Shown piece after piece: positions 49,410 to 60,712 of a stretch of 64,000 bases of DNA (positions within the stretch are counted from its first letter, which is position 1; each line of letters opens with the position of its first letter). Origin of the DNA: Fistulifera solaris. Taxonomy: Eukaryota. The stretch covers positions 930,001 to 994,000 of the forward strand of contig AP026131.1 of NCBI GenBank assembly GCA_030295235.1. Reading direction: 5' to 3'. Under the pieces are notes generated by a model. That model saw only the letters and a program-made list of their open reading frames with translations. It did not search any database and was not told the origin of the DNA. Made by a program: the position numbers and the translations under genes.

Positions 49410-50233
49410 CAAAATTCTGGACCAACTGGTCCAGAATTTCTGGACCAACCCAGATTTTCTGCTTGAATGAAATACATTTGATCCAGAATTTCTGGACCGC
49501 CCCAGATTTTCTGTATCAAGGAAATACAACTGCTCCAGAATTTCTGGACCAGCCCAGATTTTCTGTATGATTGCAATACAGCTGATCCAGAATTTCTGGA
49601 CCACCCCAGAATTTCTGTATGAATAGAGTACAATTGGTCCAGAATTTCTGGACCAGCCCAGATTTTCTGTATGATTGCAATACAGCTGATCCAGAATTTC
49701 TGGACCACCCCAGAATTTCTGTATGAATAGAGTACAATTGGTCCAGAATTTCTGGACCAGCCCAGATTTTCTGTATGATTGCAATGCAGCTGATCCAGAA
49801 TTTCTGGACCACCCCAGAATTTCTGTATGAATAGAGTACAATTGGTCCAGAATTTCTGGACCACTTCAGATTTTCTGTATAAGTAAAAACAACGTGGTCC
49901 AAAATTTCTGGACCACCCCAGATTTTCTGTATAAGTAAAAACAACGTGGTCCAGAATTTCTGGACGACCCCAGAATTGCTGTATGATTGCAATACAGCTG
50001 ATCCAGAATTTCTGGGAATCCCCAGATTTTCTGTGTGATTGAAATACAACTGGTTCAGAATTTCTGGACCACCCCAGATTTTCAGCTTGAATAAATAAAA
50101 TACATTTGGTCCAGAATTTCTGGACCACCCCAGAATTGCTGTATGATTGCAATACAGCTGATCCAGAATTTCTGGACCGCCCCAGATTTTCTGTGTGAAT
50201 GAAATACAACTGGTCCAGAATTTCTGGACCACC
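49410..50233. repeat. 52-bp tandem array with a palindromic core, 16 cores, partial 104-bp higher-order repeat
   Basis: TCCAGAATTTCTGG(A) cores (a few with single substitutions) at 49430, 49482, 49534, 49586, 49638 ... 50162, 50214; 52-bp period with one 56-bp step. Confidence 0.97.
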
Positions 50234-50510
50234 GGGTTCCTTGGATGCACGTACAACGGAGTCCCGTTATACTCATGACTAAATCTCTTCTTTTGCGCAT
50301 GCATCTCGCGCGCGGTTTACTTTTATCGCCAAAGGCGCGAAGCGAGGAACGGCTTCCTCGCAGTCTTCGCAGCCAATGTTTTTCGCAATGTCACGACAAA
50401 ATAACTCGCTCACCTCCTTCCATTTCTCATTCGAACATTCCCGAACTCCTACCATATTATTATCTTCTTTATCGTTCTTCATCTGCTAGACAGATCACAT
50501 ACAACAAAGC

Positions 50511-51633
50511 ATGTTGTTATTACGCAACTCGACGAAAACGTCGACACGACTTGTATTGCCGTACGAAATCCGTCTGCATACCGCACACCGCGATGAACAA
50601 TTGACCCGACTTGTCGCGGAAGCCTTTGCTTTAAATCAACAGTCATTGCGGATACAACCACTGACGGGAGGCTTGTCGAATTCACTCTTTGTGGCGTATC
50701 ATCAACAACAACCGGTAGCTTTGATTCGAGTTCATCCGGATCCTCCACCGAACAACAGTCGTCTCCACCACAGCAAACACCATCCTCCTCCCTTTATTGA
50801 TCACCGCACCGAAACCAAGTTACTCCGTTGGTTGAGTCAACAACATCATTTGGCACCCAAATTGTACGGTTCATTTCAAAATGGACGTTTGGAAGAGTTC
50901 TATCCCCATCATCAACCGCTTTCATCGTGTCGTGATATGATAAAATACGCCCCCCTGATTGCCCAACGCATGGCGCAATTGCACGCATTGCCACAAGAGA
51001 TTGTTACCATATCTTGTCAGGAACGGACCCGTCAATGGCTAACATTGGCGGAATCGCTCGTCGTGTCGCACGAAAAGGAATTGACGCCCTTATTACAAAC
51101 ACTCCAACACGAATGGCAGTGGATCGAATCCGTTTTATTCCATACAACTTCCGCCGCAACACCCGCACAATCTTTTCTTGGCCCAACGCGTCTTGACGCA
51201 CGGTGATTTGCAGTCTCTCAATGTATTGGTTCACCAAGAGGATCCGACCGATGTTCGGATCATTGATTACGAATACGCCAGTTACAGTCCACGGGGATTC
51301 GATCTGGCCAACACGTTTTGTGAATATTGTGATATGAATCATTTGCGTGCCGATTATGAACGGGAGTATCCGACCACGACAGAGCAAAAGGAGTTCTTAC
51401 GGTCGTATTTGCACACATTGGGTCAACCGATTCCGAGTGAGGAGTATTTGCAGGAACTGGGCGATCAAGTGGGACGTTATACAGTGGTCTCGCATATTTC
51501 TTGGGCAATTTGGAGTATTGTACAACATTTTCAATCTGCACAACGGGAAACATTTGATTACCTGCAATACGCAAGACATCGTTTGGAGGGGAATGCGTTC
51601 AGTAAACGGCGATTTTGGGATTTGGAGAGCTAG
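50511..51633 (+). CDS. Choline/ethanolamine kinase
   Basis: PLTGGLSNSLF, APKLYGSFQNGRLEEF, Brenner motif THGDLQSLNVL, IIDYEYASYSPRGFDLANTFCEY; indel near 51175. Confidence 0.92.
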
Positions 51634-51718
51634 TGCTTTGTTACAATCATAACAACAATAGAATGATAATAAGCTATTGTTTCACTCTATTGCTATTCAT
51701 TCAAATCAAATGATTTCT

Positions 51719-53273
51719 CTAAAAATCTTCTAATCCATAGGGATCAAACTCATCCAAATTCTCATCACCTAATGCAAATACAGACGCCAAATTTGACCGA
51801 GTTCCTTCTTCATCTCCGTACAGGAAATCATACAAGTCGCGACGTTCTTCTCGAAGCTGCTCTTTGTTACCATTTTTAGACTTTGTCGTTTTCTTCTTTT
51901 GCTGTTTCGGAGCGCTGTCACTGCCACTAGAACCATTGACGCGCGGTTTATCGGTGATTGCGAATTCCAATTCATCGTTGTCTTCTTCGTCGTCGTCCTC
52001 CAAATCCATTACAATTTTGGAAGCCACGGCTACAGGTCGTACCGCGGCTGGGCGAACAGCTGGCGTTGCTTTCGCTTTTGATTTCCTCGGCGAAACGACC
52101 TTGATGGTTTCCGCTTCCCCCAGTCCACGGGGTCGTAATTGGCGCAAGGAGTCACTGGTGGATGTTACCAACGAAGGAGGCGCAGACCCCCTGGGGACTG
52201 CAGGACGAGCCGGTTTGTTTCTTTTTTCGTCTCGGGGGCAACGTAATTCCACGCTCGGCAGCCGCCTCTTTTCTTTGCTTGGAAATGGCCTCTAATGTGC
52301 GTTTGCGGTATTCCGCATCTTGCCATTTTGCTTTCATAGCGGAACTGATTTTTTCACGATGCGTGTCTCGATTGCCGGAGCCCATTTTCTCCAACATAGT
52401 GGAACGGAATTCGTCATCCTGCCATTTCTTTTTGAGTGTTTCACTGATTTTTCGACGAACATGCTCTTGCGAGTTCCCCGCCACCGTCTTTGCCAGCATG
52501 GTGGCCCGGTATTCCGGGTCCTCGGACCAGCGTTTTCTCAACGAGGCTGATATCTTGGCTCGTGTCTCTTCCGAGTGGCTGAAGCCCCTTCGGACTTTCG
52601 AAGGATCTACATTGCGTTTCCCGTCTATTTCACCGGAAGCATACTTTTCTTTCAATATCGAACTGATTTTCTGTTTTGTTTCCGTTGTGTGACGATATCC
52701 TCCCTTTTCGGTTCGACGCGCTCGTCGTTCTTTGTCTTTGCCGCTCGCTCTCGTTTCTTTTTTTTCGTTATATTCTTCTTCCGTCAATCCCAAAGTTTTT
52801 AACTTTTCCAAAAAGCGCTCCCGATTCTTGGCCCGAACTCCGGCCGCTATCCGTGCTTTGACCTCTTCTGAACGTTGCTGACCTTTGTTCCATGGTGTCT
52901 TGCCTTTGTTGGCTTGCGATATTTTGGCCTTGGAGGCGCTGGTGTGAGTGTATCCCCCATTCACGGTCGGTCTCGGTACATCGTCTGGGTCAAGTTGATG
53001 AAACAGATCATCCAAGTCATTATTATCATTTGTCAAATTGATTCCGTTTATTCGATATGAAGTGGCGACATATTCTTTTGTCTGCGAGGAAGAGTCTATC
53101 GTAGCTCGCAAATGCTGCAAACGAGGACTTAATATCCTTTTGTAAAAGTCCGTCTTATGTAGACACCTCCTCGTTGTCGGTCGGAACGCGTGAACCCAAA
53201 CCAAATGGAGAAACAGCAAAGTATGTGGCAATTTCACGACATTTCGTCGCATGCGAGACTGTGAGCGCTTCAT
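51719..53273 (-). CDS. Plastid-targeted NUMOD3 (nuclease-associated modular DNA-binding) repeat protein
   Basis: VHA-F presequence; HTSASKAKISQANKGKTPWNKG, HTTETKQKIS, HSEETRAKIS, HREKISSAMKAKW; indel near 52225; acidic C-terminus. Confidence 0.8.
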
Positions 53274-53938
53274 TGTCCCGTACTTTTCGATTTTCCTCGC
53301 GATCAGAACGTCTTTTTACTTTGATAGAGTGATAAAGGGATGGTAAACAAGGCTTCTATCGTTATTCTAAGGACGATCCACGGCGGAATTGATGGGTCAA
53401 CCAAAAAGTTGGTGGAGGAAATTGTGCGGTTGGCGCAGCGACGATCGACGATGATGTTTCTTGTTTCTTGTTTCTTCTCGCTGGCGAATGCGGAAAGCCA
53501 ATGAAAAAAGGCGCAGACAGAGAGATAGAAAGTCGTAGCGGTTTAGACCCTAATGACTCAGTCTCAGTCACTGACGTACCCCATGAATGTATGAAATGAA
53601 GAGTAGCGAAGTCATCGTTCCGGTACTAAGCATCTTGTCTTCGTACGTACGTCGATCACTTGAACTACATTGAAGCTCAGACATGTAAAGCGACTGTGGT
53701 CAGGAAAGTTTAACCCAGTGCCGATCCCACGTTGCTCCTAACGATCCCGCGCTTCGCGCTCGAAACCTTTGGATACGCACGTCCAACGTCAAGTTGGTCG
53801 ATGCAAGTGAATGCTATCCGACCATCGTTGGGAGGAGAAAGCCGAGAAACAATTGCGTTCGAAACCACCGAGATCAGTATTATTATTTGTAGGTCAACCA
53901 ATAAATCTTTTCATTGAGACACACAGAAAACAGAGATC

Positions 53939-55887
53939 ATGAAGTTCAGTAATGTAGCCGTTCTCATGGCGGTCGCGCCTTTGGCGTCGGCATTCACCGT
54001 CCCACAGTCTTCCAGATTCCAACCGAGCGTTGCGAGACAAACGGACATGCGCATGTCGTTGGCTGATTTGGAGGCCAAGTTACTCACGGAAGAACCAGAG
54101 AAGAAAAAAGACAGTCAAGGTTGAAAAGCCAAAGCCTGCTCCTAAGCCCAAGGTCGAGAAGCCAAAACCAGTCAAGGCAGAAAAACCAAAGCCAGAACCC
54201 AAGCCCGAAAAGCCAAAACCAGAGCCCAAAGCAAAAAAGCCGAAACCAGAGCCAAAGGCCAAACCAGCACCGAAGCCCGAAACACCCAAGGTTGCCGTGC
54301 CGGAAGTGAAAATTCCCGAAATCCCTTCGCTTCCAAAGAGGGCTGCGAAACCGTTACCGAAGCCGGCCCCCGCGCCCAAGCCCGTTGTAGCAGCATCCTC
54401 GTCGGATGCTTCTCCTTTGGCGGGTGTGGCTTTGGGTGCCGCACCTTTGGCTTTGACCGGTCTCGGAGCATTGGCAGCGGCTCGTGGTGCACTCTCGGAT
54501 ACATTGGCGCGTCGTGAACAAATTCAAAAGGAAATTGCTGCCGCCGAAGCCGCCAAGGCCAAGAAGAAAGCCGATGCTGAAGTTGACTTTGGGGGAGTTG
54601 TGACCGCAGCGGTAAGTATTGGAATTGTTTGTTTTGCTTATTAATAAAGTATTCTGACTTCTTGACAATGTACAGGGTCTTCTTGGAGCTGGTACACTTT
54701 CTTTGGGTCTCATCCTATCGGGAGTCACTGGCAGTGGACAGGAGTTTAGTCTTCCATCACTGCCGACTCCTGCCCCAAAGACTCAGTCTGTCCCCGTTGC
54801 CAAGAAGGTGAGTGAGCCCAAAGCACCTTCGGCTATTGATTTTAAGAGAGCTGAGCTCGATGCTGCTCGCAAAGCCCGATATGAAGCTAAGCGTGCGGAG
54901 CAAGAAGCCAAGCTTGCCGCCAACAAGGCCGAGAAAGTTGCCAAGAAGAAGACACAGGAATTACAAGAAACGGATCCTTTTGGTAAGTTGACGCGTCTGG
55001 TCTGGTATCCCGCAGCAACGATCGTTCTCTAACCTCCGCCATGATTCTAGCTGCCCTTTTGGAAAAGACACAGCTGGATGCTACTATCGCTTCTACTGCT
55101 GAAAAGAACGCCGCCACAGCCGAAAAGGCCGTCGAAGACGCCGCAAAGAAGGCCGAAAAGGATGCTGCCATTGCGAAAGAGAAAGCAGCCAAGGTGAGTT
55201 GGACGAGAGTCGCGTACTATCTTACTTTTCTTCTTGCACACCACTAACACTTTCTGCGTAGGCTGCCGCTGAAATGGAACTTGCTCTCAAGAAGGAAATG
55301 CAAGCAGCCAAGTCAAAGGATGAAAAGGCTGTTGCATCTGCACAAAAGGAAATCGAAAAGGCGACGGTTGCCAAAGATCAAGCCATCGAAGCTGCCGAAA
55401 AGGCCAAGGCCGACAAAGCTGCTGAAGCTAAGGCTGCTGCTGAAGGTAAGTATTTTTTGCACAGGTAATATTGAGAAGAAATAAGTAGTCTCACTGGTTT
55501 TCTTACAGCCGCCAGAGCTGAAAAGGCGGCCAAGGAAGCTGAAAAGAAGCTTGCCGCAGATAAGGCTGCTGCAAAAAAATGGCCGCCGAAAAGTCGGCAG
55601 CCGAGAAGAAGGCCGCTGAAGGTACGTGAAACTGCGATACTGGCTACTGCAAAAGCAATCATTCTAACTTAAATTTTCTCCACCGTTTAGGCAAAGCTGC
55701 TGAGGCAGTCGCTGCCGAAAAAGCGGCCGCTGATGCCAAGGCTAAAGCTGCCGTTGCCACAGCCAAGGCTGAGGCCCCCGCTGCCGCTCCCGCTGAAATG
55801 GCTTCTTCAGCTACAGGTGGACGAGTTTTGCCGAAGGAAGAAGTTAGTGCCGAGACTCTTGCTCTTATCAAATCACTCAAAAAGTAA
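53939..55887 (+). CDS. Plastid-targeted Pro/Lys- and Ala/Glu/Lys-rich protein with two hydrophobic helices
   Basis: Canonical ASA-F presequence; (K)PKPEP repeats; GVALGAAPLALTGLGALAAAR; five GT-AG introns (first 54612-54675, second 54983-55050); indels near 54105 and 55575. Confidence 0.75.
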
Positions 55888-56364
55888 ATCTTCTTACAAT
55901 GGCTGCAGATTAACAAGTGCACGATTTGACGTAACAGCTAGTATGATAAATTCACATATTGGATCCTTCATCATTTTGCAAGCAGTCATATCTTTCTTTT
56001 CGTGGCCGCCATGGACAATTTTACCCAAATTCCCATACTGAGCTAGAATCGCGACTCAAAACTAGAAGCAGTCCCAGAAATTTTGACCTGCATGATATGT
56101 TTGACGTTATTTATTTGACGCTTTTTATTCCGTCGTCGTTCATTGAAAAGCCAAACACAAAGCATCAACTGTGTTTTAAACTTATACGTTAACAACCCTT
56201 TACTTCCGCATCATCCGTCCTGATTGTGAATAACAGTTTGGCTGCTTTGTACATCGCCATCGTCAAAGATTTCGCAAAGTTGCACAACTGACATCTCTCA
56301 AAACGTTTCTTTTCCTAGTAGAGATTGCACGTGGCAAGCCGCAAGCATTCATGGACGAACAAAA

Positions 56365-57377
56365 ATGGGCATTTTATGGATCGTTTATATTGTAACCTTG
56401 TCATCGACTGGCGACGCTTTTCTGCTACCAAGGGTACCCATCTATAGCGTACCAACGTGTCTTTTTGTTCGACCAGAAGATTTTGCCGCCGGAAGATACA
56501 GCCGGCTGTGCCACTGCGTGGAACGCCAGAAGTCGAAGAGATGCGGAGACAAGCCGAACTACGTGAAACGGAATCCCAGGCTTTAGAGGAGAAAATAGCC
56601 AATCGACGCAAGACGGAACGTAGAGATGCCGAGGAAGAGTTTTACGAAAGAAAGTACGCCGAACAATATCAAAGAATACGGGAGGCGGCTACTCGAGAGG
56701 CAGTCGAAGCACAACGGAAACTTGAAATGGAGCAGGCATTGCTCGAGGAAAAGCGCCAGAAAAAGTTGCAACAAGATGCAATACTGGAAAAAGCTTTACT
56801 GGAACAAAAGGAAGTAGCACGGAAACAACAATTGCTTTTCAACGAGTTGGAAGAAGTACGGCAAAAGAGAGAAGGATACAAACGAGAGAATGGATATTTT
56901 GGTGAAGAGGAAGAGGGCAAAATACAACCTCAACAATCAAATACTGAGCTTGATGAGACAGAGCTGTTTTCGTCAACCTCCTTTGTTCCTAGTCCAGTCG
57001 CCAAATCCAATCTTCCTCTATTCTCTTTACCGGCAACTGCCATATTGGGAGGGCTTCTTGCACTGCGGAGTAGAGATCAAACACAGAAAGAAGTAGAGAA
57101 ACTTTTGCAAAGGAACTTGGTACAGCGAAGCAACCAGATCTTTGGCCAGTCGAAGAATCAAAAGGAAAGCCTAAAGGCCTTTGAGGCCACTTTGCTGCAA
57201 AGAAAGAAAGAGATCACTAATTATGGAAACTTAGCCGTGGTACGCCTATTTGCCAGTTGCAGTGAAGACCATTGTGGCGACACTAACTTGTTATGTCTTT
57301 CTCGACAGGCTTTGTTTGGAATCTCGATTTTCGCCGAACTGGGCATCGTTGTTTTAAAAAGAAGCGCGGCAATGTAG
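56365..57377 (+). CDS. Plastid-targeted coiled-coil protein with two C-terminal hydrophobic helices
   Basis: GDA-F presequence; indel near 56493; E/K/R coiled coil; LPATAILGGLLALR; in-frame intron 57240-57308 before ALFGISIFAELGIVVL. Confidence 0.7.
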
Positions 57378-57793
57378 ATACGGATGTATTCCTCTCCAAG
57401 GAATAGACGCTTTTGTGGTTCGTCTTTGAGTTGACACCTCGGTGATTATTCTTTGATTTAGCTAGGGAGGCTAGGTGCGACGTGTGTGTGAAACCGTCAA
57501 ACTTCAACCGCTATCATCGAAAGGTCGCTTCGGTTTCAAAAGGTGCTATGTATGTGTCCCGCTCCCGCATTTTCGTCATTCGTCATGTTTTTTCTCCCCC
57601 GCGCAAAAAACTAAAAACATCCACGACGACGAATGATGAACTATGGACATGACATTCAAGTAGTTTACCAGGTATTACTCCGTATACAATACTTTGAACG
57701 ACAGCTTCTTCTCTCGGAGTGAGAAAGAGGATTAGAGAATCGTTATCTTGAGACGCTTAGCACACTTCTTTTGGCCGAGTGCATGCGACAAAG

Positions 57794-59106
57794 ATGCGTG
57801 TCATTGCATTCGTCTCCCAAATGTGTCTGTGTTTTTCGTTCGTCCAACAGTCTTTTATCCGGAGGAGTGCGATCTTTGTTCAGTTGGAAGATTTCTCGGC
57901 TGGAACGATTCGAGAAGCACGTCCTTTTCGTGTGGGCGAGAAGAATGCCGAAGGCAAGAAGATTAGTGAGAATGCGTCATTTCTCAAACCCCTCCTCCTC
58001 TTGATGTACAGCCGATGGAGCCAAAACCAATTGCTCCTCTTCAATCCGAAATTGAAGCAGCAAGAAAAAGAAAGCACGCGGAGGCATTAAAAAAGGAGCT
58101 GGAAGCCATGGAGAAGCGAATTGTGCAAAGAAAAGAAGATGCTTGGCGAGAAGCTCGACAAAAGAGGGCCATTCTGTTGCAGGAAGAAGCAGCTCTCGCG
58201 GAAGCTGAGAAAAAACGTGCGGCAGCCGAGGCTGAAGTGAAGCGGCTAGTGGCAGAGAAATCGGATACTGTCAAAAATGAAGAGGCGGCGCAGAGAGCGG
58301 AAGCAGCGAGCCTTCAAGCCGACGCCGAAGAAGAAGTCGCCGCGTCGAGAGCCCAGAAAGCGGAAGAGGAAGCCTATGAGGCGCAGCGTCGATCAGAGAA
58401 AGCTCAACAAGAAGTAGAAGAGTTTCGACGGAAAGCAAAGAAGGATTTAGACGAAGCACGTCGGCAAGCTCAAGAATACGCCGATAAAGCGAAATTGGAA
58501 CGAGAGCAGACGGTAGCAAAAATAATACAACCGGAGGCTGAGACAGAACTGGAGGCGGCAAAGCTAGAGAACGGGAACGTTGATGTGGTGACAAAGTCAG
58601 AAGCAGTGCTAGCTGGGAAGGAACAAGGCAACCCATTAGTAGCTTCAAAAGAGAATTTGATTGAACAAACAGAGCTGGTAAACTCGTCGGACCCGGTCGA
58701 AGAGACTCTAAGTCTTGCGATAGAGAAGCTGGATCAATCGGACCCGCCACTGCTTCCTCTTGGAATCATTGAATCTACTGAACCATTCACATCGCCTATA
58801 TCAGCCTCCACCGTTCGAATTGCTACTTCCGATGTTGGTGTTGCCGCACTACCATTTGCCGCATTTGTTGGCGGTACGATCGCTTTCCGCAACCATCGAA
58901 TTAAGCAACAGCTGGAAAGACATGTAACACTACGGGAGCTTTCTAAAGAACGGATAGAGGAACTGGCAGAAGAAGATTCAAATCGTATGCAGGTGAGTGT
59001 TACGGATGACTGTGCTACAAATACAAACTATGTCTAATTTACTGTCAAGTTTTTCTTTTGGGCGAGTATAACCACTGCTTTCGGTATGGCTACTCTGCAA
59101 CTGTGA
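57794..59106 (+). CDS. Paralogous plastid-targeted coiled-coil protein with two C-terminal hydrophobic helices
   Basis: CFS-F presequence; indel near 57985; coiled coil; ALPFAAFVGGTIAFR; intron 58993-59049, then FFFWASITTAFGMATLQL*. Confidence 0.7.
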
Positions 59107-59215
59107 TGTAGAAGGGAACTTTTCGCTAGCAACGGTTCGTTTCCGCGGAGTATGAGATCGTAGCTACACTGCGCATCGAGCTAAACTAATAAGGCAAATA
59201 AAAATAACACGATCT

Positions 59216-60082
59216 TCAGAATTCTTCAATTTCCATGGGCTGCAGACCACTCTTCTTCTTTGCTTTGATTTTGGCGGATATTTGCGCCGGAATGCGCGTC
59301 GCTTTCTCCAATCGCCGTCTTCGGGTTCGCGTGGTTTCTCGATACCCATCCCAAACCGCAAATCCGATCCCACCCACCATGGCCAGAACAACGATCAAAC
59401 AAATCCAAGCCACTGTGATAAAGAAGTTGGGACTGTTGCTGGATTCCTCCAGTGTCCCCGCCGTCTCTTTATTTTGTTCGCCGTAATGAAACTTCGCTTT
59501 CAACGCGTCACTTTCCGGATACTCACAGTGCAAGCCACTCCAGCCTGTTGGACATTCGCAACCCGGATGCCGTTTAACTTCCTCCGGATCCATCGATTTA
59601 CAGCGACCCCCATTCATACAGTACGCTCCTCCCGCCTGTCCCAAGGATTGTTGAATTTCGAGACTCTTTTCTGCATCGTCCGGCAAACAAAAGACGGTGG
59701 ACATGCGCTTGCACGTGCGACGCGCGTACGCCGACGCATAATCGGTCGTTTCCGTATTGCAGCCGCAGTGATAATACGCATCCCCATCGTACCCAATGTC
59801 CCGTACGCACTTGGCGCCGTTCGCACACATTGTCGAATTCCCTGGCCCCGGACATTCGTCAAATTGGACTTCACATTCCGGACCGGCGTGATAGAGAGGA
59901 CAGTGGCAATAAAATTTTCGTGCCGGTGCGTATTCGTGCACATCCGAAAAGTCTCCACCCGTGTGAATTTCCGTCATGGTTTCCTTACAGACGCCGCCGT
60001 TTTGACAGTGCAACGTGCACTTTTCCTTGCCCCACGCGGTGGCGAAATGGGGCAGTAGGGCGAAAACGAAGAGTCGTAGCAT
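59216..60082 (-). CDS. EGF-like repeat single-pass membrane protein
   Basis: Signal peptide; CQNGGVC..CHCP..GPEC, CANGAKC, CMNGGRC..CECPTGWSGLHCE; TM near the C-terminus. Confidence 0.88.
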   Translation of the reverse strand: MLRLFVFALLPHFATAWGKEKCTLHCQNGGVCKETMTEIHTGGDFSDVHEYAPARKFYCHCPLYHAGPECEVQFDECPGPGNSTMCANGAKCVRDIGYDGDAYYHCGCNTETTDYASAYARRTCKRMSTVFCLPDDAEKSLEIQQSLGQAGGAYCMNGGRCKSMDPEEVKRHPGCECPTGWSGLHCEYPESDALKAKFHYGEQNKETAGTLEESSNSPNFFITVAWICLIVVLAMVGGIGFAVWDGYRETTRTRRRRLEKATRIPAQISAKIKAKKKSGLQPMEIEEF

Positions 60083-60712
60083 ATTTTGGCTTTGTGGGGC
60101 CTTCTTTATAGAAAGCGATGTAATACAAATAAAAGAATATGAACGATGGAGGGTATCAGTAATGATAAGGAATGCTTTTAGTTGATGAAGATTGGATGCA
60201 ACGGAGGAATATAATTATGACTTTTGATCGTTATGTCGTGATCACCAACCAAGATCCATTTTGGTGAGAAAAAAGGTGCCAAGACTTTTTGCTAAGCAGG
60301 AAAATAGACCGTGATAACGTAAAACGAGCTCATAGTGAATAGATGATACTGACTTAATGTGAAAAAAAAGAGTACTATCCGTGTCTCGCGACTGAAACCC
60401 AGTCGTGACGAAAAGTCGCCTACACTTAGAGCTATAGTGAAGGAGAGAGTAGCCTTGACCCTGCTGTACCAGCCCTCTTTCTCGAGGAGTTCGACGCAAC
60501 AAAAAACGAAAGAGACGCGATGATGAGAATGATGATCATAGTCTAGACAAATGCATTATGCTGTTCAGGTATTAACAAGCCATTCTTCTGCTTCTCCCTC
60601 TCTGCAGTAACGGAAACACTAGTGACAGGGTAGCGTACAGACCAAAGATTGCTCTCCGATGAGAACATTCGATGGATGAAGCACGATTTTTGCGCCACGT
60701 GCAGGAGAAATA

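Noticed and set aside
49410..50233. CRISPR array
   Set aside because: The spacer-like segments are only ~19 bp, are homologous to each other and recur. There are no cas genes and the context is eukaryotic with introns.
49392..50304. Long minus-strand ORFs (149-267 aa) over the 52-bp array
   Set aside because: All three frames cycle through the same peptides because 52 is not a multiple of 3; this is an artefact of the repeat.
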